A stretch of 64,000 nt of DNA from an uncultured bacterium (lineage in GTDB: Bacteria > Verrucomicrobiota > Verrucomicrobiia > Limisphaerales > UBA8199). The stretch spans positions 416,001-480,000 of the forward strand of contig CAVVMW010000010.1 of the NCBI GenBank assembly GCA_963749495.1. The letters are read 5' to 3'. The notes under the pieces are model-generated. The model worked only from the letters and a program-made list of their open reading frames with translations, ran no database searches and had not been told where the DNA came from. A program made the position numbers and the translations under genes. Below are positions 32,815 through 43,022 of the stretch, in pieces (position 1 is the first letter of the stretch; each line of letters starts with the position of its first letter).

Positions 32815-35592
32815 CTATTTCGGGGTCATCTCCTGGGCGCCCGCTTCGACATCGTCGGTATCTTCCTCGAGAGTGGCGGCGGCGTTGCCGGGAAGCACCT
32901 TGCGATAGACTTCGGCGGGGTTGCGCGTCTGGCCGTTGACCGTCAAGAGTTGCTCGATTGTGATTCCGAAGAGCCTCTGGTTCTCCTCGAGGTGCGGCCG
33001 GATCAAATCCCAGTCTGCGCCGGTCAAGCGGGCAAACTTGCCGCCGTTTAACTGCTGCTCGACCACGGTTCTGTGCGGATCGCGAAGGAAAATGGCTCCG
33101 CCCGAGGCCAGGGAGAACAGGTTGCAGCCGGGATACGGCTCGGGCAGCGGAACCAATTGTCCGTCATCATCGAGCTTCACGCCATTAAGGACCACGAACC
33201 CGCCGCCGTTGTGAGGATCGCCGGCCATGAAGGACTCCGCCAGGAAGTCAAGGCAGGTGCCGTTGATGATTACTTTGGGCCGGCCGACGGAGTTGATGAG
33301 CGGCCGGCCGGCTGCGTTGCCCAGAACATAGACGCAACCGCCTTTGGCGCCATACAGGAAGGTCTGGCCCACGTCCCCGTGAATGACCAGTTTGCCTTGT
33401 TTAGTAATCTGGCCCAACTGGTCCTGGGCATTCCCGTGCACCGTAATGGTGAGCCCATCGATTCCCGAGGCAAGGTAATCTCCACTGCTGCCATAAACGT
33501 CGATGGTCACCCCGTCAGTTTCGGGCCCCAGTCCGCAGCCCAGATAGCGCTGGCCAATACAGTTAAAGCTGATGAAGTGCCGCCACCCTTTCATGTAAGC
33601 ATCCACCAGCAAGGCAGCGTCACAGTCGTTTCCTTCCGGCGGAAAATGGGCGGCGTCGATCACCAGCGTTGCCTCGTTCTCCTGCGGTTTCCTGAGGTGT
33701 TCACGGGTCTCGAAATCGATGAGACGAAACGCGCCCTGGGCGGAATCTTTCGAGGCAAGGTTGGGCAGGTTGGCAAACAATCGGTTCAACTCGCTGTGGA
33801 CGATGTGGAGAACATGGCTGCGCTTCTTGGCGCCGGTCGAGTATCTCCGGTCGTTCAGCAGCGTTAAGACCTCAATCGCGGTTGCCGTCTTGGAAGGGGC
33901 TTTGGCCTGATGCGTGATTTGCCGGCACGCCAGGCGGAATTCATCGAAGGTCCATGCGGGCATGAATCCGCACAGCTTTTGGAAAATCGCCGCGCTGTTG
34001 CCCGGGGCCAATCCCTCATTAGACATCGGTTCAGCAGTAGTCAGGCGCCCGAGGGACGAGGGTCGAGGGTCGAGGGAAGGGACCTCTGCCCCTCGACCCT
34101 CGACCCTCGTCCCTGGTGTCCGCTCACCATTGAACAAAGGCCCAAGGAGGCCCCCCACCGGCCCATCCGATTCGGAGGACAACGGCAATTCCCGCGAGAA
34201 ATCACAGGGCTCGGTTCCTCCCGGCAAGGGGACCGGTTTTCCGAATTTATCGGCGCAGGCAATCCGCATCTTGCCGGCGGAATCCTCTTGCAGAGTGAAG
34301 ACGAAGGCCCCGCCGTCATTGTGGCTGCCTCCACGCGCGTTCCAGTAGCGGTCGGCCACCGGGCAAATCCGAATGTCCTTCGACAAGCTCAAGAGCGTGG
34401 CATCAATAGCTTGTTTTTCCGAAGCGATCAGGCCCACTTGGACTTCGCCATCGCAGAAGGCGAACACCTGCGGCCGGAGCATTGCGGTGTCGGTTATGCC
34501 CATCAACTGGAATTGCTTCTCTCGGGCCAGAGTGCGGGCGATGATGAAGAACCACGGGCCATCGGGAGAACCATGAATGTGCGTGGCTTGGATCGCCCGG
34601 TAGATCTTCTGCTTCTCCGTGTCGAGACGGTCAAAGTCCAGTTCCGTGGTGGGCGCCAGGGCCTCGATGATGTATTCCAGCGGATAATGGTAGGTGCGGC
34701 TCAGCAAATCGAAGAGCAAGGCCGAGACTTCCGTGTCGGTGAGGAACTGGGGATAAATCTGGCGCTGCTTGAGATACTCGCAGACGGAATGGTAATTGGC
34801 AAAGTCGCCGTTATGCACCAGCGCCATATCGATGGCCGCAAAGGGATGAGCGCCGCCGGGGTGCCAGACACGGCCCTTGGTCGGGAAACGCTGGTGGGCA
34901 ATCCATTCGTGGGCGCACAGTTCCTCAATCTTGTAGTACTTGACAATCGCTTCAGCGAACCCGACCACTTTGAGGATCATGATGTCCCGGCCGTGCGAGA
35001 GCACGAAGGCCCTTTTCTCGCCGAGGGACGCGTAGTATTTCTGGTTCAGGCTGAAGCTGTTCTGGCTGACGAATTCGTCTTCGGCCTCCCCCCGGTCCAG
35101 CCCTTGGAGATGGTGCCGGGCGATGAACGCGTCCAGGACCTTGGGTTTGACGCGCACGAAATAGCGGCTGACTTCCGGCGGCAATACCTCCAGCCCAGGC
35201 ACGGACTTCCAGTCCTCGAGCCGGTCGAGTTGGGCGGCCACGGCGACATCGAAGTGCGGGGTGATGAACTGCGCTTCGATTTCAGGCCGCACCGTGGTGT
35301 CAATGAACGCCAGGTGCAGCAGGTAATGGCTGTCGAGGACCTGGCGGCTGACCCCAAGCTGTTCGGGCACCAACCCCACGGCGGCGATGCCGCCCCCTTT
35401 GCCATTGCCCCGATTGTGCATCTGCCGGGACGGTTCATAAATGTGCTTGCCCGGCACGGGCACGCTGCAACAGAAACCCACCACCCCGCAACCACCTTCC
35501 GCGGCCTCCTTCTTCAGGAGGGAGGCGTGGTGCAGAGACTGGGCCAGCCGCTTTCTTGAATCAGCCAGGCGCTTTATCAACTCGCCATTCAT
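32815..35592 (-). CDS. Glutamate-synthase-like subunit: class II glutamine amidotransferase domain fused to GXGXG beta-helix (GltB domains 1+3)
   Basis: ATG 35592 (ATGA overlap). Propeptide ending AAEGG/CGVVG (Ntn Cys), HNRGNGKGGG, AHQRFPT..HPGGAHPF, HNGDFANY, TDTEV; C-terminal GQRYLGCG, GSSGDY, GNAQDQ, GDVGQTF, GNAAGR. 925 aa. Confidence 0.9.
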   Translation of the reverse strand: MNGELIKRLADSRKRLAQSLHHASLLKKEAAEGGCGVVGFCCSVPVPGKHIYEPSRQMHNRGNGKGGGIAAVGLVPEQLGVSRQVLDSHYLLHLAFIDTTVRPEIEAQFITPHFDVAVAAQLDRLEDWKSVPGLEVLPPEVSRYFVRVKPKVLDAFIARHHLQGLDRGEAEDEFVSQNSFSLNQKYYASLGEKRAFVLSHGRDIMILKVVGFAEAIVKYYKIEELCAHEWIAHQRFPTKGRVWHPGGAHPFAAIDMALVHNGDFANYHSVCEYLKQRQIYPQFLTDTEVSALLFDLLSRTYHYPLEYIIEALAPTTELDFDRLDTEKQKIYRAIQATHIHGSPDGPWFFIIARTLAREKQFQLMGITDTAMLRPQVFAFCDGEVQVGLIASEKQAIDATLLSLSKDIRICPVADRYWNARGGSHNDGGAFVFTLQEDSAGKMRIACADKFGKPVPLPGGTEPCDFSRELPLSSESDGPVGGLLGPLFNGERTPGTRVEGRGAEVPSLDPRPSSLGRLTTAEPMSNEGLAPGNSAAIFQKLCGFMPAWTFDEFRLACRQITHQAKAPSKTATAIEVLTLLNDRRYSTGAKKRSHVLHIVHSELNRLFANLPNLASKDSAQGAFRLIDFETREHLRKPQENEATLVIDAAHFPPEGNDCDAALLVDAYMKGWRHFISFNCIGQRYLGCGLGPETDGVTIDVYGSSGDYLASGIDGLTITVHGNAQDQLGQITKQGKLVIHGDVGQTFLYGAKGGCVYVLGNAAGRPLINSVGRPKVIINGTCLDFLAESFMAGDPHNGGGFVVLNGVKLDDDGQLVPLPEPYPGCNLFSLASGGAIFLRDPHRTVVEQQLNGGKFARLTGADWDLIRPHLEENQRLFGITIEQLLTVNGQTRNPAEVYRKVLPGNAAATLEEDTDDVEAGAQEMTPK
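34019..34146. repeat. In-frame palindromic heptamer-repeat insertion within the GATase/GXGXG gene
   Basis: GAGGGACGAGGGTCGAGGGTCGAGGG ... CCCTCGACCCTCGACCCTCGTCCCT within imperfect GTTCA/TGAAC arms; translated as ..TPGTRVEGRGAEVPSLDPRPSSLG.. in the interdomain region. Confidence 0.8.
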
Positions 35593-37157
35593 GAATTTCT
35601 CGGGCCGTCGTTCGTGTAATCCAGGTGCATCATGAGGTCGGTGCGCCCGCGCAGTTCGCCGACGCTGCGCAGGCCAAGGCGTTGCAGAATCGAGACGAGC
35701 ACCTTGCGCCAGGCGCTGTAAAGGTTGATGAGCCGCTGAGCGCCCCAATCCAGCTCCATCTTGGCGGAGAGCTCGGGGTCCGTCGTGGCGATGCCGCGCG
35801 GACAGCCGCGTCCGCTCTCGCAGCGGCTGCAGCGCACACACCCCAGCGCCACCAACTCCGCCGTCCCGATGACCACTCCATCGGCCCCCAGGGCGATGGC
35901 CTTAGCCACGTCATAGGCCGTGCGAATGCCGCCGCTGGCAACCAAGGTTACCTTGTCTCGCACACCTTCATCGGTCAGAAAACGGTGGACCTTGCCGATG
36001 GCGTATTCGATGGGCATAGCGATGTTCTTCTTGGCAATGTCCGGCGCCGCGCCGGTCCCGCCGTAGCCGCCGTCAATGTGGACAATGTGTGTGCCCGCCG
36101 AGTAACTGCCCACGGCCACCATATCGACATCGGTGGGCGTGGAAACCTTGGTCGAGATCAAGGCGCGCCGGTTCACATGCTTGACCCATTCGATGTGCTT
36201 CGCATGGTCTTCGATGGAATAGACGCTATGGAAGGGGAATGGCGAGAAGAGCGAGATGCCCAATACCGCCTCGCGCATCTTGGCCACGCTGACTGTGTTC
36301 TTGTCGCCCAGGAGATGCCCGCCCAGACCCGGCTTGGCGCCCTGGGCATACTTGAACTCCACGATCGGCACACGCTGGATCGTTTCCTCGCGCACGCCGA
36401 AAAGGCCCGTCGCCACCTGCGTAATCACGTGGTCGTCATACGGCCTCATCCGCTCCATGTAGCCGCCTTCGCCCGTGCAGGTGAAAGTATTGAACGCCAC
36501 CGCCGCCCTGGCTTTGGACAACTGGGTGACATTGCTCACCGAGCCGAACGACATGCCGCCCCCATACCAAGGAACATCAATCCTGATCTTCGGCCGGCCA
36601 TCGCCGCGCTTGTTGAGCAGGAGGCTCGTGTCGATCTGCTCCTCGCCCAGGACCACGGGCGGCCGAGCCGGGAATTTGAACCGGAGCCGGTCGAAACCGC
36701 CGCCGGAATTGCCGCACTCATGGTTGTAATCGTAAGCCGGCGGCGGCACGTCGCCGGTCTCCGCCATCTTCCATGTGGCCAGAATCAAATCGCTCGACCA
36801 GCGAAAATCACCGAGCAGGGCGTACATGGGGTTCTCCCGGATCTGCAGCGCCCCTTGCGGGCAATGCGTCACGCAATCGTGGCCGGTCTTCTCGCACGCC
36901 GGCCCGATGCACAAGTGGTGGCGTGGCTCGCCAAAATACCTGTAGCCGGGGTTGCGGGCGTGCACATTGTAGGGGCAAACCTCCTCGCACTTCCCGCAGA
37001 GCCGGCAGTCCTCGTTGCGATGGACAATGTACTTGGCGATTTCATTGCGATAGCGCGACGGGGCCGGCCGGGTGACCCGCTCCACCTTCTCCTGGGGCAC
37101 GCGTGTCTTGAGCGTGTTCTCGGGCAGCAAGGATTCAATGCCTGGTTCTGGTGCCAT
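35589..37157 (-). CDS. gltB: Glutamate synthase FMN-binding subunit with N-terminal ferredoxin (archaeal-type GltB2)
   Basis: CRLCGKCEEVCP; GGMSFGS, CTGEGG, QVATGLFGV, EFKYAQGAKPGLGGHL, SPFPFHSVYSIED, DGGYGGTGAA, SGGIR..DVAKAIALGAD, CVRCSRC..GCPRGIATTDP. Likely ATG 37157. Confidence 0.92.
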   Translation of the reverse strand: MAPEPGIESLLPENTLKTRVPQEKVERVTRPAPSRYRNEIAKYIVHRNEDCRLCGKCEEVCPYNVHARNPGYRYFGEPRHHLCIGPACEKTGHDCVTHCPQGALQIRENPMYALLGDFRWSSDLILATWKMAETGDVPPPAYDYNHECGNSGGGFDRLRFKFPARPPVVLGEEQIDTSLLLNKRGDGRPKIRIDVPWYGGGMSFGSVSNVTQLSKARAAVAFNTFTCTGEGGYMERMRPYDDHVITQVATGLFGVREETIQRVPIVEFKYAQGAKPGLGGHLLGDKNTVSVAKMREAVLGISLFSPFPFHSVYSIEDHAKHIEWVKHVNRRALISTKVSTPTDVDMVAVGSYSAGTHIVHIDGGYGGTGAAPDIAKKNIAMPIEYAIGKVHRFLTDEGVRDKVTLVASGGIRTAYDVAKAIALGADGVVIGTAELVALGCVRCSRCESGRGCPRGIATTDPELSAKMELDWGAQRLINLYSAWRKVLVSILQRLGLRSVGELRGRTDLMMHLDYTNDGPRNS

Positions 37158-38532
37158 AAAGCTTGCCGAAGGTTTCCTCCTCGAGTTGCTCGAAGAACAT
37201 GGCGCGGCCGACATCGCCGCGCAGGCGGCGCACCTCGCGCATGCCCATTGCCCCCATGACCTCGATCAACTGGTCGTGCCAGGCGGCGATGAGATTCGTC
37301 ATGCGGCCCACCGCAAAATCGCTGTCGAGTGTCTCCAGCCTGGCCGGGCACGGGGAGCCGGGTTCGCAGCTCTCACACAGACGGCATTCCAGCGCGATCA
37401 ACAGCGGCAGATTGATGGTCACCAGGTCCGCCCCGCAAATGATGGCTTTGGCCAGGTGTTCCGGCAGCGCGATGCCGCCTCCGGCCATGACCGTGATCTC
37501 GTCCCGCATCCCCTTCTCGATGAGCGCGGTGTGGACCTGCCGGATCATCTCCTTGAGAAAGCGAGGCGGCTGCGCTCCGATTTCGTTGCCGTTGGCGTCC
37601 GCCACGATATGGAGCACCTCCACCCCTGGCAACCCGGCCAACTCGATGGCGCGCCCGAGGCCCGTTGGGGTCAACTCGACCCTGATGCAGGCGACGATGC
37701 GGGGATGGATATTCTTGATTGCCTTGATGCGCTCGGTCACGGCGGGGCTGTCCGCTATCTCGACCAACCGGGTCTTTCTCAGGACATCGTCCGGCACCGG
37801 GGCGCTGTCGGGACCCAGATAAAACGCGATATGGGGCAGGTGCTCCTCGAAGGCCGGCTGGTGCCGGGCATCGAGGATCGCTATCAAGTCGGTCGCCGCA
37901 GCCGTCTCTTCGATCACGGCATCGAGCTGCGGCAAGGTGTGCGCCGGCGAGCTTAGATCAATGATGAGCGGCATCGGGATCGACACCAGGGGGGGCAGTT
38001 CAGCGGCGATCCGCCTTCCCTCCAAGGCCAGGAACGGGGGCTTGCGTCCGAGGTCAACCGCCGTGCTGATGTACTCCCGGCCATGAATCCCGTCGCGGGT
38101 CGGACGAACAATCTCCGACATGTCCGTCCACATCGAGTCGAAACCAGGGCCGGAGAACGGCCCCCGGTAGCCCGCGCCCGAGACCGGGATTTTCGCCGTT
38201 TCAGCCTGGAGCCACGTGGTCTTGATGATGTCGGGTTTCCAGTAGCTGTTCCCGAGGCTCTCATAGACGGGATTGGCCGAGAGGCGCAAGAGGCCCTTGG
38301 TGCAATCCTGCACACAGGAGAAGCACCCCATGCAGTCGAAGAACAGGGCCTCCACCTGGGTCAGGTTGCGAATATACTCCGCCTCCTGCCGGTAGCGGTC
38401 ATAGACGCAGGCCTTCTTCACACAGTTATGGCACCGGGCGCAGTCCTCCCGCCAGTCCACCACGCCATGTTTGCCGATGCGCGGCCCTCGCGGCGGCACC
38501 GGCCGTGTTTGGATGTGGTATTTCTCAGGCAT
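37135..38532 (-). CDS. Degenerate paralogue of the glutamate synthase FMN subunit with 2x[4Fe-4S]
   Basis: CARCHNCVKKAC, CMGCFSCVQDC, GAGYRGPFSGPGFDSMWTD, GGGIALPEHLAKAIICGAD, CRLCESC..CP, MGAMGMREVRRLRG; lacks MSFGS/TGEGG/QGAKPG. Confidence 0.85.
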   Translation of the reverse strand: MPEKYHIQTRPVPPRGPRIGKHGVVDWREDCARCHNCVKKACVYDRYRQEAEYIRNLTQVEALFFDCMGCFSCVQDCTKGLLRLSANPVYESLGNSYWKPDIIKTTWLQAETAKIPVSGAGYRGPFSGPGFDSMWTDMSEIVRPTRDGIHGREYISTAVDLGRKPPFLALEGRRIAAELPPLVSIPMPLIIDLSSPAHTLPQLDAVIEETAAATDLIAILDARHQPAFEEHLPHIAFYLGPDSAPVPDDVLRKTRLVEIADSPAVTERIKAIKNIHPRIVACIRVELTPTGLGRAIELAGLPGVEVLHIVADANGNEIGAQPPRFLKEMIRQVHTALIEKGMRDEITVMAGGGIALPEHLAKAIICGADLVTINLPLLIALECRLCESCEPGSPCPARLETLDSDFAVGRMTNLIAAWHDQLIEVMGAMGMREVRRLRGDVGRAMFFEQLEEETFGKLYGTRTRH

Positions 38533-38544
38533 GCTTTCTCCCGG

Positions 38545-39448
38545 TCAAGACAGGCCGGCGGCCGCAAGGAGCTCCGGCACCACGGCTTCTTTGCCACCCG
38601 AGAGAATATGAATCCCGCGCACCCCCTCCATGCTCTTGAGTTTCTTGATGGTTTCCACGCAGATCGCCCAACCCGGTCTGCCGTCGCCGTTGCCGGAGGC
38701 CAGGAGCCGCTCCATGACTTCCTGCGGGACGTGAAAATCGGGATGGGTCTCCTGCAGTTTCCGGGCTTCCGCTGCGCTCTCCACGGGGAGCACGCCGGCC
38801 AGAATCGCGGCCTTCTTGGTGAGCCCCTGCCTGGCGCGCGGCCTCCAGCCATTGGCTGAACGCGTCGAGGTCAAAGACCGCGTGGGTTTGAATGAACCGG
38901 GCGCCGGCCTCGATTTTGCTCTGGAGCCTGAACAGGTTAAGTTCCAGCGGCTTGAGGAAGGGATTGGCCACCGCTCCCACCAGCATCGAAAACGGCCCGT
39001 CGAACTTCGTCCCGTTGGCCAGCAGGCCCTGCTCGCCCATCCGGGTGGTCATCGCGATAAACTGCGTGGAATCAATGTCGAAAACGTTTGTGGCCTCCGG
39101 ACAGCCGATCAGCGTCTGATGATAGCCGGACAAACAAAGCACATTCTTGATCCCCAGACTGGCGGCTCCCAGCAAGTCGGACTGGAGGGCGATCCGGTTC
39201 CGGTCGCGGGTGACCATTTGGAGAACGGGCTCGAGGCCCGTCTTGAGCGCCGCCAGCGAGGCGGCCAGCGAAGACATCGCCACTCCGTGCTGGTTGTCGC
39301 CCATGTTGACCGCTGTGAGCTTGCCGCCCAGGGCTTTCAAGGCCGCTTCCGTGGTGGACGCGGTCGCCGTGGCCGCCGGCGCATGCTCGGCGGTAACGAT
39401 GAACTCTCCGTTCTGGATGCTTCTGGCGAGGTGGCCATCAACGTTCAT
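38545..39448 (-). CDS. metF: MetF-like methylenetetrahydrofolate reductase flavoprotein; apparent frameshift ~38835
   Basis: IVTAE, DNQ..MSSLAAS, EPVLQMVTRDRNRIALQSDLLGAASLGIKNVLCLSG, KIEAGARFIQT; C-terminus ILAGVLP..EGVRGIHI in ORF 38545..38874. Confidence 0.88.
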
Positions 39449-40215
39449 ACGGCCAGGTGTTCCTGTTTGTTCGTCTCATCGCTGCGTCCTTGGGGCAGGC
39501 TTCTGAGCCGTTCGATGAACTGCTTGATCTCATCACGGGCCTGCCCCGCGCCGCCTGGTGCGCACTCGATGACGGCCACCCGTCCTGCGCCCAGTCCGAT
39601 TTCCTTCAACAGCGATTCGACCGCCTCGGCGCGTTTGTGGGCGCGCAGACTGCCCTCGAAGTGACGGCACTCCTTCTTCTTGCAGGCCACTATCGCCACC
39701 CCGTCCGCGCCCGTTTCCAGGGCCTTGACCAGGTAAGGCACATCCACCTTCCCGGAGCACGGCAGACCGATGGTTTTGACCGTGTCTCCGCTCACTTGCC
39801 CGCCAAGCTCGGCCAAGGAACCCGCGTCCAGATTGTTCGAGCAGTAAAAAACGCAAGCCTTCAATGGCCGATCGCTCCTTGGGCCTTGTCCACCGAACGA
39901 ATCGCGCAACCGGTTCGCGCAACGCAGGATGGCGGATACGCCCTGCCGGAATGCGGCAAATTCCTCATAGCCGACGAGCCCGTCTTTGGCCATTTGGACG
40001 CGCAGGGCCTCGACGAGAGTCATGATTTCGCGCGCGGCCGCTGATTTGTCCCGGAACCCGGAGCAGGCCTCCGCGAAAGCGTGGCAGGCCGATTCCATCC
40101 TCATGATCTCGCCCCACACCGCTTCCGCGCTTTGCTGCAAGGCGTAAAGCAAACGCGGGCAGGCCGCTCCAATGGCCCTCAAGTACTCATCGAAGGTCTG
40201 GTCGAGGTCGTTCAT
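39445..40215 (-). CDS. MvhD/FlpD-like [2Fe-2S] protein with ~115-aa helical N-terminal extension
   Basis: FYCSN, LPCSGKVD, ETGADGV..ACKKKECRHFEGS..A.KR; ATGA overlap with metF; likely start MNDLDQ at 40215. Confidence 0.8.
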   Translation of the reverse strand: MNDLDQTFDEYLRAIGAACPRLLYALQQSAEAVWGEIMRMESACHAFAEACSGFRDKSAAAREIMTLVEALRVQMAKDGLVGYEEFAAFRQGVSAILRCANRLRDSFGGQGPRSDRPLKACVFYCSNNLDAGSLAELGGQVSGDTVKTIGLPCSGKVDVPYLVKALETGADGVAIVACKKKECRHFEGSLRAHKRAEAVESLLKEIGLGAGRVAVIECAPGGAGQARDEIKQFIERLRSLPQGRSDETNKQEHLAV

Positions 40216-40473
40216 AACGCGTTGTCCGCAACTGCAACTCAGGCGCCGCAATTTGTACGGGCCTTTCACGCGAATGACACCGGCCTGCAAGAATCACGCG
40301 GGCCGCAAGGTTCGCGTTCCGCACGCTTGCCAACCCAGCGCGCACCGCTACCGGCCTCGCTCTTCCGATGGCGCCAGCGGCCATCACGTTCACCCAAGAG
40401 CGCGGCACGCGCGAACTTTTACCAACTGCCCGCCAGACTGCAAGCATAATCGATCACCGCGCCTTTATCTGCC

Positions 40474-40550
40474 GGCCCAAGGGGCCGCAAGAGCCCAGCC
40501 CAGGGCTGAGCCCGTGAGCCCGATGCCCTGGGTACAGGGCCACCCAAATT
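40474..40550. repeat. REP-like element (GCCCAGCCCAGGG..CCCTGGG type)
   Basis: GCCCAAGGGGCCGCAAGAGCCCAGCCCAGGGCTGAGCCC...GCCCTGGG; related to ~22455 and ~57420. Confidence 0.65.
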
Positions 40551-40562
40551 AACCACCACCTA

Positions 40563-42880
40563 TTAAGGGCGGAGGCGATAGAAGCGCGTGATGCCTAAAG
40601 ACGAGTTGGTGACCACGCACTCGGTTCCGTCCAGTGTGACTGGTTCGTCGACGGCGTGCCAGTCGGCTAGATTGACCGAGGTTTCAAGTGAAAGGCACCG
40701 TCCGGCAGCCGGCCAAGAAAGCCGGACATCGTGGCCCGCGCGGCTGATTGACAGGGAATCGGGAATATGCCAAATGGCGAAGTTATAGGAAGGCTTGGCT
40801 CCGGCGGAGGCAAAACTGCCACCGACGAAGAGCTCGCTCCCATTGGCTGCCAGCACGCAGACGGCCTCGCCTGCCCCTCCTGCACCACTGCCCAGGGCTG
40901 CCCAGTTCGTGCCATCCCATTTGGCAAGGTTCCTGGCCGGAACGGCCCCGGCGTGTGAGAAACTGCCACCGACGTAGAGGTCCCTGCCGTTGACCACCAT
41001 GGACGACGCTGCGCCGTCAAGCCCACCGGCGAGCGGGGTCCAGTTGGTCCCGTCCCATTTGGCGATGTTGGTCGCATTGACTCCGCCGGCCGATATGAAG
41101 ACCCCGCCGGCATACAAATCGCAACCCATTAGTGCCAAGGCGTTGATCACGCCGCCGGCGTATGGGTACGGCTGGAAAACTCCGGTGGATAAGGGGGTCC
41201 AGTTGGCCCCATCCCAAGCGGCAATGCCATTGGCGGCAATGTCACCAGCGGCAGTAAACGCACCCCCGACGTAGAGCATGTTACTGCCGGCGGCAAGCGC
41301 CGTGACGTAAGGAGGGTATTCAGTCCGACCAACGCCAACGCCCAATGGCGACCAGCCACTCCCGTCCCACTTGGCGACACCATTCGCGGGGCAACCGCTC
41401 ATCGAGTTGAACATCCCGCCCGCAAGGAGGTTGGACCCGTTTGCGAGGAGGGTGTAAACCTGGGGCCGGTACGAAAGCAGTCCCGGCGAACCTGCATAGC
41501 CTAAAGTCACCCAGTTCGTACCGTCCCATTTCATCACGCCATTCTCGGCAGCGATGGCATAGAGGCCGTCTGGACTGGCTGCGAGCCCCCAGAGGAGCAT
41601 TTGACTCGATGAGGACGTGAGGCTGGCATCCGCTGCCGACCAGTTGGTGCCGTTCCATTTCCCCAGGCCGCCAACGGCGGCGTTCGTCGCCGATTGAAAG
41701 ATGCCGCCGACGTAAACGGAGTCTGCGACCGCCACCATGGCCTGCACGCTCTGCGGAAGGCCAAACCCACCCCCCAGGCCAGACCAGTTGGTTCCGTTCC
41801 ACCGGGCGATTCCACGAGCACAGATCCCGCCAGCGCTCGAGAAAGGCCGGCTGCGTACAAAGAGCCTCCGCTGAACGCCAGGCGGGTGCTGCTAATAATG
41901 GAGCTTGGCAACCCAGCGCCCAGGCTCGTCCATTGCCCTCCATCCCACCGGGCAATGCCCTCGGCTGGAGTCGCATCAACGCCAACGAAAAGCCCTGAGA
42001 TATAGATCTCGTTGCCGTCAACCACCATGTCGTCGGCGGATGCCGACCTGTCGCAACAAGGAACACTAAACTGGCCTGCCACGGCAGCGGTCCAACTGGT
42101 TCCATCCCATTTCCAAATGAAAAAGTGCGATTCGTACCTCATTCCACTGGCAAGAGAGAAAGCGAGCACGTCAGAGCCCGACGCTCGAATCGCCGCAGGA
42201 GCCACGGGCAAACCGACGCCGAGTGCCAGCCAACTCGTTCCGTTCCACCTGGCGATGTTGGTTGCGGCCGCGGTTCCGGCTCGCGAAAACCACCCGGCCA
42301 CATACACATCGTTGCCGACCACACAAACTGCCGTGGCGGGCCCGCTGAGTCCCCCGCCCACATCTAGCCACTTCGTCCCGTCCCACATCGAGACGTTTGA
42401 GGCTGCCACTCCACCCGCGGCGCTGAAGCTGCCCACAGCGAAAATATCGGTTCCGACGGCGGCCAGAGCTGCGACCGGGCCGTCAAACCCGGCGCCAAGG
42501 CTTGACCAGTTGGCCCCATCCCACCTGGCAATATTGGTGGCGCTCGCTCCTCCGGCTTGTGAAAAACTCCCCCCCGCTATCACGTCGGACCCAATGAGCG
42601 CAATGGCCCCGACATCGCCGTTGACACCAGCTCCGAGAGCCCACCAATTTGTCCCATCCCACCGGGCGATGTTGTTGGCAGGCACGCCACCCGCGGAGCT
42701 GAATCGGCCACCGACGTAAACTTGATCGCCCTGGATAGCGACAGCGGCGACGCTCCCATCAACGCCAGAACCGCCAAACCGATCGTCCCAGTTCGCGTCT
42801 TCCGAGGCCGGTAAGGCACGCCAAGGCGGAAGAGTCACCAGGAGGAGCAAGATCTCGAATGTGAGTTCCTTCAGATTCAT
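40563..42880 (-). CDS. Secreted beta-propeller repeat protein (YVGGxF..AG...IA.WDG..W..LG repeats) with C-terminal F[YF]R domain; frameshift(s) ~41750-41820
   Basis: More than 10 repeats of VGGxFxxAG..NIAxWDGTNW across ORFs 41534..42880 and 40563..41747; signal peptide; ends TRFYRLRP. Confidence 0.88.
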
Positions 42881-43022
42881 ACGTCAGCGAGCGTTGTGCT
42901 CGCCCGTAGCGGAGGCTACTCACTAGCGCCGCAAAGTCAAAGCAAAAAGCAGTCCTGCTTGACTTTTCATTCCGCCCGGCCAGATTGCCGCGAGTCATGA
43001 ACGACATCACCAGCTTATCCCC

